The notes under the pieces are model-generated. The model had not been told where the DNA came from. It ran no database searches and saw only the letters and a program-made list of their open reading frames with translations. Positions 41,813 through 52,569 of a stretch of 64,000 nucleotides of DNA are shown here, piece by piece. The stretch is from Octopus bimaculoides. Lineage: Eukaryota. The stretch lies in the NCBI RefSeq assembly GCF_001194135.2, contig NC_068983.1:62946324-63010323 (forward strand), written 5' to 3'. Every line of letters starts with the position of its first letter. Within the stretch, counting starts at the first letter, position 1. The position numbers and the translations under genes are program-made.

Positions 41813-43251
41813 TATCTTTAACAAATCTTTGGTTTATATCCACGAAATAAACGCCATGACGTACACACACAAACATGCATACACATATATAGCCAACAGC
41901 CCACACATGACACTCACACAGACACACACACATGCATATTCCCAGACGCGGCTGTTTAGCAAAATGCTTGCACCCCAACCAGGGTTCAGTCCTACTGCGT
42001 GGTACCTTGGGCAAGTATCTTCTATTATAACCCCAGTCGACCAAAATTTTGTGAGTGGATTTGCTAGAAAGAAACTGAAAGAAGCCCGAAAGAAGATTTA
42101 CATGCATACATTCATATACATATGCATATATAATTGGATACAATCATATGTATATGTGTGTGTGTATGTGTGTGTATTTGAACATATATGTATATAAACA
42201 AATACATATATGTATGTATAAATAAATGCATATATATATATGTGTGTATGTATGCATGCATGTATGTATGCATGTATGTGTATGTATATATGTATGAATA
42301 TATCTACCAGTCTATATATATATACGTATATATGTGTATGTACATATGTATATATATATATATATATATATATNNNNNNNNNNNNNNNNNNNNNNNNNNN
42401 NNNNNNNNNNNNNNNNNNNNNNNNNNNNNNNNNNNNNNNNNNNNNNNNNNNNNNNNNNNNNNNNNNNNNNNNNNNNNNNNNNNNNNNNNNNNNNNNNNNN
42501 NNNNNNNNNNNNNNNNNNNNNNNNNNNNNNNNNNNNNNNNNNNNNNNNNNNNNNNNNNNNNNNNNNNNNNNNNNNNNNNNNNNNNNNNNNNNNNNNNNNN
42601 NNNNNNNNNNNNNNNNNNNNNNNNNNNNNNNNNNNNNNNNNNNNNNNNNNNNNNNNNNNNNNNNNNNNNNNNNNNNNNNNNNNNNNNNNNNNNNNNNNNN
42701 NNNNNNNNNNNNNNNNNNNNNNNNNNNNNNNNNNNNNNNNNNNNNNNNNNNNNNNNNNNNNNNNNNNNNNNNNNNNNNNNNNNNNNNNNNNNNNNNNNNN
42801 NNNNNNNNNNNNNNNNNNNNNNNNNNNNNNNNNNNNNNNNNNNNNNNNNNNNNNNNNNNNNNNNNNNNNNNNNNNNNNNNNNNNNNNNNNNNNNNNNNNN
42901 NNNNNNNNNNNNNNNNNNNNNNNNNNNNNNNNNNNNNNNNNNNNNNNNNNNNNNNNNNNNNNNNNNNNNNNNNNNNNNNNNNNNNNNNNNNNNNNNNNNN
43001 NNNNNNNNNNNNNNNNNNNNNNNNNNNNNNNNNNNNNNNNNNNNNNNNNNNNNNNNNNNNNNNNNNNNNNNNNNNNNNNNNNNNNNNNNNNNNNNNNNNN
43101 NNNNNNNNNNNNNNNNNNNNNNNNNNNNNNNNNNNNNNNNNNNNNNNNNNNNNNNNNNNNNNNNNNNNNNNNNNNNNNNNNNNNNNNNNNNNNNNNNNNN
43201 NNNNNNNNNNNNNNNNNNNNNNNNNNNNNNNNNNNNNNNNNNNNNNNNNNN

Positions 43252-43286
<35 letters not shown>

Positions 43287-43989
43287 GATAGGTAGGTAGA
43301 TAGATAGATAGATAGATAGAAGAGACCTCCCACGCAGACACACTGTCATACACACGCATACATACACACATATACACTTGTAAGTCTTTAAATAGTGGTT
43401 CACATAGATTAACAGATACAGTGTGCCACTTACGTATCTCTTACTATCGTCTGCGTAACCATGCATATATTTCTGAAAATAAGAAATTCGTCTTAAAGCA
43501 AAGCGGAACTCTTTGTTTACCTACCACACCTCGCGCACAAGCCCGGAAGTCACGCATTGTAATACATGTGAGGATCAAAAATGAATTTACACTCAGACAC
43601 ATATAGACAAACACACACACAGTTATGCGCGCGCGCGCACACACACATACACACAGGCACACACAGACACGCATGCGCGCGCACACATACAGACATGTAT
43701 GTATGAATGAGATAGATAATAATAGATAGGATATCATCAGCTGATAGATAACACTGCAATTTTTATTTACAATATCACACAAAACAAGATTAGCCACGAC
43801 GGCCTTCTAGATAGCATATTGCAATACCAAAATAAACGTACTGATTCAACCAACCCCTAGAAATATACCAAGAAAGCTTACTGAGTATAAAAAAACCTAC
43901 TTGGAGCTAGAATAATACATGCATACATACATACATACACACATACATACATACATACACGTACATACGTAATACAATATTAGGATTAA

Positions 43990-44518
43990 AACTTAATTTA
44001 TCGACCCCGAAAGGATGAAAGGCAAAGTAGACCTCGGCGGAAATTGAACTCAGAACGTAGCGGCAGACGAAATACCGCTAAGTATTTCACCCGGCGTGCT
44101 AACATTTCTTTACTGCCCACAAGGGGCTACACACAGAGGGGACTAACAAGGAAAGACAAACGGATTAAGCCGATTATATCAACCCCAGTGCGTAATTGGT
44201 ACTTATTTAATCTACCCAGAAAGGATGAAAGGCAATGTCGACCTCAGCGGAATTTGAACTCAGAACGTAACGGCAGACGAAATACCTATTTCGTTATTGC
44301 CCAAAAGGGGCTAAACATAGAGGGAACAAACAAGAACAGACGAACGGATTAAGTCGATTACATCGACCCCAGTGCGTAACTGGTACTTAATTTATCGACC
44401 CCGAAAGGATGAAAGGCAAAGTCGACCTCGGCGGCATTTGAACTCAGAACGTAACGGCAGACGAAATACCGCTAAGCATTTCGCCCGGCGTGCTAACGTT
44501 TTTGCCAGCTCACCGCCT
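43990..44518 (-). mobile_element. Tandem trimer of family A SINE
   Basis: Three head-to-tail copies of GAAAGGATGAAAGGCAA(A/T)GT(C/A)GACCTC..GCGG..ATT(T)GAACTCAGAACGTA. Confidence 0.9.
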
Positions 44519-45498
44519 TACTCAAAGCAAATATTATTATAAAAAAAGAAAAAAAAAGAGAAAGAGTAAATCATCTGCTTTAGCAATCACTGTATTTGCA
44601 AAGGTCAGATATCAGGGCACTTACAGAAGAACATTAACTAATATTAACACGAAATACTCAAAACATGCACCATACTATTTTACTCATAATTAGTAATTTA
44701 AAGCTTTCCGGTGTGTTAAATGGAATTCCATAAAAAGCCGAAAAAAAAAGAGGTTGAAAAATATCACGTGATACTATCCAATAAGCAGCCAACAGTTAAT
44801 GGCATCGATTCTCAATAGACACTCAAACGATAGACTAAACATCGACCCTCTAGGCGATACTGCTTCTAGTCTAATAAAAAGCAATTACAGATTCTCGAAG
44901 TCAATGTATCAAATGTAGCATGGAAATGATAAGGGAGTTAAAATCATTTGAAGTTTTCGACTTTATAATCTCCTCTCTCACTCTCCCTCTTTAACTCACT
45001 CGCTCACCTCTCGTTCTTTTCCTTTTACACACCCACACAGACAGATACAATAACAATCAAACTTACACAGATGCAGATATATACATATGTGTGTATGTAT
45101 GTATGTACACAGGCACGCACACACATACATACATACACACATACATACATACACACATACATACACACACACATATTCACATAAAAACATGCACAAACAT
45201 TCTCACCTATAATTTGTTTATTTCACATTCTCCAGGTTTGCCTAAACGCCTACACATGTACAAACCATCTCACGAAATGCGTGATATTTGTCTATATATC
45301 TCTCTATCACTTTCCCCTCTTCGCTTCATAATATTCGTTTTATCTCGTGTTAAAATAATTTTTATTGAAGTATGACCACAGTATCTGATGGCGACACGCA
45401 ATGTTTCGCGTCATTGAGAAAGAAAATATGAATATCATATTTAGCTAGCTAAGCAGATAGAGAAATGTATGCGAATATATATACCCGAACACATCCTG

Positions 45499-45530
<32 letters not shown>

Positions 45531-45824
45531 CAGGAACTACAGTATCTCAGAGAACGAACGAATACATGTGTATGCCTCTTCTTATTTATTGAGGCAGCGT
45601 GCTGGCCGAATCGTCAACTCACTGGGCAAATTTCTTAGCGGTATTTCGCCCGTCTTTACCTTCAAGATTCAATTGTCCTCGAGGTCGACTTTACCTATGA
45701 GGTCAATAACATAAGTGCCAGCTAACTTTGGTAGCTTTCGAACTGAGAACGTTAAGACGGGAGAAATACCGCTAATCATATTTTCCGCCATGGTAAAGAT
45801 TCAGCCAGCATGCTGCCTTAATAG

Positions 45825-46208
45825 ATTGTTGGCACTCCGTCGCTTACGACGTCGAGGGTTCCAGTTGATCCGATCAACGGAACTGCCTACTCGTGAAATT
45901 AACATGCAAGTGGCTGAGCACTCCACAGACACGTCTACCTTTAACGTAATTCTCGGGGATATTCAGCGTGACACAGTGTGACAAGGCTGACCCTTTGAAT
46001 TACAGGCACAACAGAAACAGGAAGTAAGAGTGAGAGAAAGTTGTGGTGAAAGAGTACAGCAGGGTTCGCCACCATCCCCTGCCGGAGTCTCGTGGCGCTT
46101 TAGGTGTTTTCTCTCAATAAACACTCACAACGAACGGTCTGGGAATCGAAACCGCGATCCTATGACCGCGAGTCCGCTGCCCTAACCACTGGGCCATTGC
46201 GCCTCCAC
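45825..46208 (-). mobile_element. Young tRNA-derived SINE (family C) with TSD
   Basis: Highly similar inverted copy of 40459-40831; TSD GCCTTAATAG at 45815-45824 and 46209-46218. Confidence 0.92.
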
Positions 46209-47041
46209 GCCTTAATAGGGGGCATATTGATAGATTGAATGGACTACAAGCAAGTGTGAATATATATATAGATTAATACACCAAGAGACATGCTGAAAAG
46301 AGCAAGAATGCATTAAGTATAGGAATATGAACTTGTGTTACATCTCAGACACTCACGTAGAATCACATACATATACGTATATGCGCGCGCGCACTCACAC
46401 AAACACACACATATATGTATAGGTACAAACCAAAACATGATCTAAGATAATTGGTTTGCTTTAGATCAGTATCAGTGAAAACCTTCAGTGGATGGGGTTT
46501 CCATAAAACTTTTACATTACGGCAGCAAATTATAAAAATAAAACAAAAAATACAAGCACATTGATTCTTTTTTTCATTTTCCATCTTCCAAATCCACTCT
46601 CAAGGTTTTGGTCGGCCCAGGGCTAAAGTAGAAGACACTTACTCAAGGTGCCGCGCAATTCGATTGGACACAATACCTCAAGTTTCTGCAACAAGCTTCT
46701 TAACCACGTATATAACCACCCAAAACAAAATAATACTAACAAATTAACCACATAGCAATTTGTCCAAAAGATAAATCCAACGGAGAGAAACATTCAAAAG
46801 ATGCCACCCAAAAGTAACGTCCCTTGATTCATTGTTTTATTCACGTGAATACACGAGAATCCCCGCGAACTAAACGAGGCAGTGTTTTCCACAATGGAAG
46901 GGAACACCTTTCCCCATGTGATAGGCTTGAAAATGTTTCCTACTTTGTTTTAACATGAAACCAATGATAGCCTTAATTCACAAATAAAGAAGTCATATCC
47001 ACCAATGCGGTGTTGAGCAATCATTTTCATCGTTTGACACA

Positions 47042-47111
<70 letters not shown>

Positions 47112-47556
47112 NNNNNNNNNNNNNNNNNNNNNNNNNNNNNNNNNNNNNNNNNNNNNNNNNNNNNNNNNNNNNNNNNNNNNNNNNNNNNNNNNNNNNNNNN
47201 NNNNNNNNNNNNNNNNNNNNNNNNNNNNNNNNNNNNNNNNNNNNNNNNNNNNNNNNNNNNNNNNNNNNNNNNNNNNNNNNNNNNNNNNNNNNNNNNNNNN
47301 NNNNNNNNNNNNNNNNNNNNNNNNNNNNNNNNNNNNNNNNNNNNNNNNNNNNNNNNNNNNNNNNNNNNNNNNNNNNNNNNNNNNNNNNNNNNNNNNNNNN
47401 NNNNNNNNNNNNNNNNNNNNNNNNNNNNNNNNNNNNNNNNNNNNNNNNNNNNNNNNNNNNNNNNNNNNNNNNNNNNNNNNNNNNNNNNNNNNNNNNNNNN
47501 NNNNNNNNNTGTGTGTGTGTGTGTGTTTGTGTGTTTGTGTGTGTCTGTGTGTGTTT

Positions 47557-47597
<41 letters not shown>

Positions 47598-48997
47598 TGT
47601 GTGTGTGAGTGTGTGTGTGTTTGTGGCGGATGGGAGTCTATGCGGAATACATGACTTTAAATCAAAAAATAAAGATACTGGTAGCTACTGATGTAAATAT
47701 GAAACAAATATGAAGCTAATTGGTGAGTCTTTGCTGTTGTAAGTAGTCATCCGCCTCGAATTTAAATTCCATATTACATATATGTACATTAAAAATGGGG
47801 ACGGGCCATAGAATTACAGCTAGAAGCGCGTTTAAAAAGTTTTAGTAAATGGAAGGGGACAATAGTTAAAAAGTTCCAAAAGTCCTGCTTCCTCTCAAAT
47901 CTTGCCTTCATTAATATTGTACTTCGATATCTAACTACATGTTGATGGCAATCTGGTAAGTTTTTACTGATGTTATTGCTATGAATGCAATATACAAGCA
48001 AACCTCAAAACATGTGTATATAATCGTTTTATATTGTTTACAAATGTATTAAAGTTCTGTAATGAAAACTTTATTGTTTTATTCTTCCTTTTATTATATT
48101 TTATTTTCCAATATTCATAAGTCTTAAAATGCTGAAAACGGTTGTAAAATAATTCGAACCTCTTTAGTTTCCCACCCTAAATGAAAGTCAGTATGCTGTT
48201 TCCTAACTCCAACACTGTATTAACGTTGTTATTGCTGTTGGTAGTGGTGGTGCTGTTTTTATTTTGACACATTTATAGCTGGCCGAACCTCTGTGAAACC
48301 CCATAAATCCAGCTTTTTATATATCGCAAATTTCGTCTTCCCAGGAGTGTCTACGCCCGGCGTACTGAACTGTGAGGCCATAGAGTTATCTCTCGCCCTA
48401 ACGGCGTCCCTACAGAGGTTGTCCCGTCTTCTTTACGAATTTACGGTTATTGAAGTGGTGACTTCTGCAATACATTTCTTTTCTTTTAGAGATGGTATAG
48501 TTTCACAGATATTTAGTTGTTATTGCAAAAAGACCGAGCAGATGCTTTGAAGCATCTTCATGGATCGAAGACGAATACTTTAATGGTGGAGCCAATCCTA
48601 ATTGAAACGTTTGCATTATTGACTTACACTCAATATACCCCATAACTTTTTACTCTCTACCCCATGTCCGCATTATGCCAAATAAAGTAGGTTAAAGTAA
48701 AAATATATATATATTTCCATTATTTAACACTCTATGTCGGTTGAGCAGTAGCTATGACTGCTTACCGGAGTAAAAAGGCATTCCTCACTGTATAAATAAG
48801 ATATTTTTATATTCAAAATACCACAAAAACATAATTTTACTATTCTTCTTAATTTTACTACACAACTACAAACAATATTCTTGTATCAATCAATTCAGTT
48901 AACTTTAGCCTTCGCCTAGGTATTTAAAAATTAGTGCTAATATGAAACTTGATGAGTATATTTCAAGCTATTTTGTTATATTTCCTTTAACTAAATA

Positions 48998-49028
48998 TAT
49001 TCTTTCTTTCTTTTCTTCTCTTTTCCAG
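48998..49028 (+). promoter_or_regulatory. Splice acceptor (polypyrimidine tract + CAG) of the FxRIamide coding exon
   Basis: ttctttctttcttttcttctcttttccAG ends at 49028, 16 nt before the ATG. Confidence 0.8.
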
Positions 49029-49044
49029 AATCTTGTTAAAGAAA

Positions 49045-49128
49045 ATGGCCGGTCTTTGGAGAATCGTTCTTTTAGCAACAATTACCTTGATGTGTGTGAC
49101 ATCACAATGGGTTATCTATGTCCAGGCT
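49045..49128 (+). other. Predicted signal peptide (28 aa, cleavage VQA|EE)
   Basis: Basic n-region (R), hydrophobic core IVLLATITLMCV, small residues at -3/-1 (V-Q-A), then acidic propeptide. Confidence 0.75.
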
Positions 49129-49824
49129 GAAGAAGCTTCTAGCAGTGACGAATTGGTGAACAGTGCGAATGAAGCCGACCCTGAAATGGATAGTGAAGAT
49201 GATCTGAAACGAGCAAACACATTTCTTCGAATAGGTAAAGCAAACGGAATTTTACGTTTAGCTCGAAGCCCTAGTTCTTTCCTGAGAATTGGACGTCGCC
49301 CCCCATTGCACTTTGTTAGAATCGGTAAAGCCCCATCAAGCATGTTTCTAAGAATTGGCAAAAGAGTGGATGATAGCGAAAATGATGATCTAAACGAATA
49401 CGATGCAGATAAAATGTCAGGGCGTGATACTAGAGCCAGTCCATCTTCGTTTCTTAGAATTGGAAAATCAGGAAATGAAGTAGAAGATGAAATTGATGAC
49501 ACGGATGAAACTGTTAAACGTGTTAACGCATTTCTACGCATTGGTCGACAAAATGATCCATCTTCATTCCTGAGAATTGGTAAAAGTTTGAATAATGACG
49601 ATCTCTCTAAGGACAAACGCACCAACGCTTTCCTCAGAATCGGAAAAATACCCGCCTCATCTTTCATTCGCTTAGGTCGTGGACCTTTCACAGAAGATAA
49701 TGGCATCAACACTCGTGGATTTCGCGGTCCGACACGGGGCTTTTTAAGGATTGGCAAACGCGCAGCGATCCCCGATGGAAGCCATGCCGATTATTTCAGT
49801 GATCTAAACGTCAAATCTCAATGA
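49045..49824 (+). CDS. FxRIa: FxRIamide (FLRIamide/SSFxRIamide) neuropeptide precursor, 259 aa, whole CDS in one exon
   Basis: Open frame from ATG 49045 (context aaaATGg; the ORF track TTG at 49033 lies just after a splice acceptor). Hydrophobic N-terminus MAGLWRIVLLATITLMCVTSQWVIYVQA. Ten F[LVI]R[IL]G motifs each followed by K/R/KR/RR, separated by acidic spacers: ANTFLRIa, SPSSFLRIa, PPLHFVRIa, APSSMFLRIa, ASPSSFLRIa, VNAFLRIa, QNDPSSFLRIa, TNAFLRIa, IPASSFIRLa, (GFRGPTR)GFLRIa. Matches the lophotrochozoan FxRIamide family by motif. Confidence 0.93.
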   Translation: MAGLWRIVLLATITLMCVTSQWVIYVQAEEASSSDELVNSANEADPEMDSEDDLKRANTFLRIGKANGILRLARSPSSFLRIGRRPPLHFVRIGKAPSSMFLRIGKRVDDSENDDLNEYDADKMSGRDTRASPSSFLRIGKSGNEVEDEIDDTDETVKRVNAFLRIGRQNDPSSFLRIGKSLNNDDLSKDKRTNAFLRIGKIPASSFIRLGRGPFTEDNGINTRGFRGPTRGFLRIGKRAAIPDGSHADYFSDLNVKSQ

Positions 49825-50085
49825 GTCTACAACTATGAATGAAAAGAAACCGGTTAAAGGGAACAATTTAGAATTAAAAGAAAAGATTACCATTTGGAAA
49901 TGATTCTGAAACGAATAAGGACTATCACCGACGCAATGAAACAAGAAACCAAAAAATACAACACAATACTTTAAGAATTCCACAAATATACAGAAATATT
50001 TCTTCTGAGACAGCTTTAAATACAGGACACAGAAAATATTTTTGTTCTATATATATATATATATGAATTAGGAAAATATCATATA

Positions 50086-50135
<50 letters not shown>

Positions 50136-50402
50136 CTATTTTGAGAGGGTCATCTTGATCCTCACACGATGCATCTATTTCAACACACGTTTTCACATCA
50201 GAGTGTTGCAAAACAAATACTGAATTAAAATATATGTGTGTATGTGTGTGCACGTGTGTGTGTGTGTGTGTGTGTGTGTATTTGCGTGCATCCGTTTGTA
50301 TGTTTGAGTGAGAGTATGCATAATTTGTGTATATTTGTATGCTCGAGAGCATAGATATATGTCAAAGGAGCGTAAATGCAAAATACCGTGTCTGTACTAG
50401 TA

Positions 50403-50408
50403 AATAAA
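50403..50408 (+). promoter_or_regulatory. Candidate polyadenylation signal of the FxRIamide mRNA
   Basis: AATAAA about 580 nt after the stop codon; AT-rich context makes chance occurrence likely. Confidence 0.25.
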
Positions 50409-50770
50409 GGGCATTAATATGTGAAGTTCAGACAAATATATCATCGTAAAGACAGTGTCTTTTCTTGAAATCCACTCCACTCTCCAAACCTGCAACATAT
50501 CTTACAACATTCACACACATGCATAAATGCATACACAGTTATAAATGTAAATAAACATATGAATATATACACATATAAAAGCAAGCATATATACAAGTAT
50601 ATATTCCAGTATATGCACGTATATGTGTAGGCAAATTTTTAGATTTGGTTTGTGTGAATGTATGTAATACATCAGTAGTCTCTGCGTGTGCGTATATAAG
50701 GTGCGTATATCTGTGTTTGTCTGTCTGTATGTATGTGTGTATGTATGTATGTGCGTGTGTGTGTGCATGC

Positions 50771-50814
<44 letters not shown>

Positions 50815-51543
50815 CTTTGTCTCTAAGTATGTAACAGTAGTAAGGATGTACATGAAATGGAAGAGAAAGAAACAAATCTAAATTATATCAAATTATGTAA
50901 ATGAGAAAAGAGAAATAGAGAAAGAGCGTAAGGTTGAGAGGTAATATTTCCTAAAGTGGATGGTCTGAACTTCATATTTTGGTGACCAATATTAACGACA
51001 CGCCCCCAAATTCGAACGAGTAATATTCGGAGGATATTTCTCCTTGTCGGAGAAGTGGACAATTGCCGGTATTTTGCTGTAAATTTCTTACATGATGTAA
51101 ATTTTTTTTCTTCATAAAAATAACAACCATTCCCCAGAGAAAATATAAAATAAACTAAAATAAACCCTCAGATATCTTATCTGAAATGATGTTGATATTT
51201 GTGTTGAAAACGTAAAAATGATAATAAAAATTGATCATGATATAAAATAATTATGTTTCAAAGTTACTGCATTCCAGAAGGGTTTCTTTCGTTTCTTTAT
51301 TTAATAAAATATGAAAGCAGCCATTAGATATATTTGAATTCGTTTGATCAGGCAATATATTTTAACAGCTTCCATGATTGATAGATTGGCCAAAGTGGAC
51401 CCGCTAAAATTTGAAGTTAAAAGCTAAACAGTCTATCAAATATTCTCTTTTAACAGCTACTGACCTATTATAGCTGCAGTCATAATCAATCACCTACTTC
51501 TAGCGGTTTTAGTAGTCTTCAGGAAGGTTTCTGAAGAACTGTG

Positions 51544-51614
<71 letters not shown>

Positions 51615-51717
51615 CTGTCTATCTCTCTCTCCCTCTCTCTCTCTCTCTCTATCTATCTGTCTGTCTATTTGTATGTATGTATATATGTATGTATGTATGT
51701 ATGTATCTTACTCTTTC

Positions 51718-51870
51718 TTTAACATGCTTGTTTTCTAAACATATGATTCGGTCCCACACCGTGACACCTTGGGCAAGTGTCTTCTACGTTAGCATTGGAC
51801 CGACCAAAGCCTTGTGAGCGGATTTGATAGACAGAAACGGAAAGACTGAAAGAAGCTCGTCGTATATATA

Positions 51871-51947
<77 letters not shown>

Positions 51948-52192
51948 GTGTGTGTGTGTGTATGCGCGCGCGCGCACATTTGTGTGTCTGCGTTTGTCCT
52001 GCCATCGCTTGACAACAGATGGTGGTGTGTTTATGTACTCGTAACCTAGTAGTTCGGTAAAATTGACCGATAGAAGAAGCACTAGGCTTACAAAGAATAA
52101 GTCCTGGAGTCCATTTCTTCGACGAAAACCTTTTAAGTCAGTGCTCCGGCATAACTGCAGCTAAATTACTGAAACATATAAAAGAATAAAAG
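51718..52192 (+). mobile_element. Family B SINE with internal (GT)n
   Basis: GACACCTTGGGCAAGTGTCTTC core, GAAAGAAGCTCGTCG-microsatellite-GACCGATAGAAG...GAATAAAAGA tail. Confidence 0.88.
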
Positions 52193-52569
52193 AATATATA
52201 TATATATTACAATATAATATATACGCGCGCACACACAGACACACGTTCACACACACACATACACACACATACACATACACACAGAACGCCTATCAGATGT
52301 GAGTTCGAGTTCCACAGGCAACCTTCAACTATCCAAGGGTTTTTGACCCAATATTTACACACTATTATCCATAGTTTTATATGCTTCGAGGTTTACCGTT
52401 CCTAAAAAGAATGATTTCATGTTCTCGAAGTTTCTAAATTCTTAAGATGTCAAAAAAGTTGGCTTCACCACGAAGATGTCCCAGCTCCGATCGCACTGAG
52501 TGGCATTTTAGGCAAGTTTCTTTACTATTGTCTCAAGTCAACCCAATGAGTTAAATAGGGTACCAAGGT

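Noticed and set aside
43990-44518. Repeat-spacer appearance suggestive of CRISPR
   Set aside because: Units are ~200-bp SINE copies dispersed through the window; no cas genes; eukaryotic context.
48290-48530. Short similarity to 30480-30530 (TIPSLK on minus strand), possibly an R4/Dong N-terminal remnant
   Set aside because: Too short and decayed to assign.
49033-49044. TTG start of the ORF track (MLKK extension)
   Set aside because: Eukaryotic gene; the ATG at 49045 has good context and starts the signal peptide directly.
49116-49757. 213-aa antisense ORF
   Set aside because: Shadow of the repetitive FxRIamide CDS; no independent motif.
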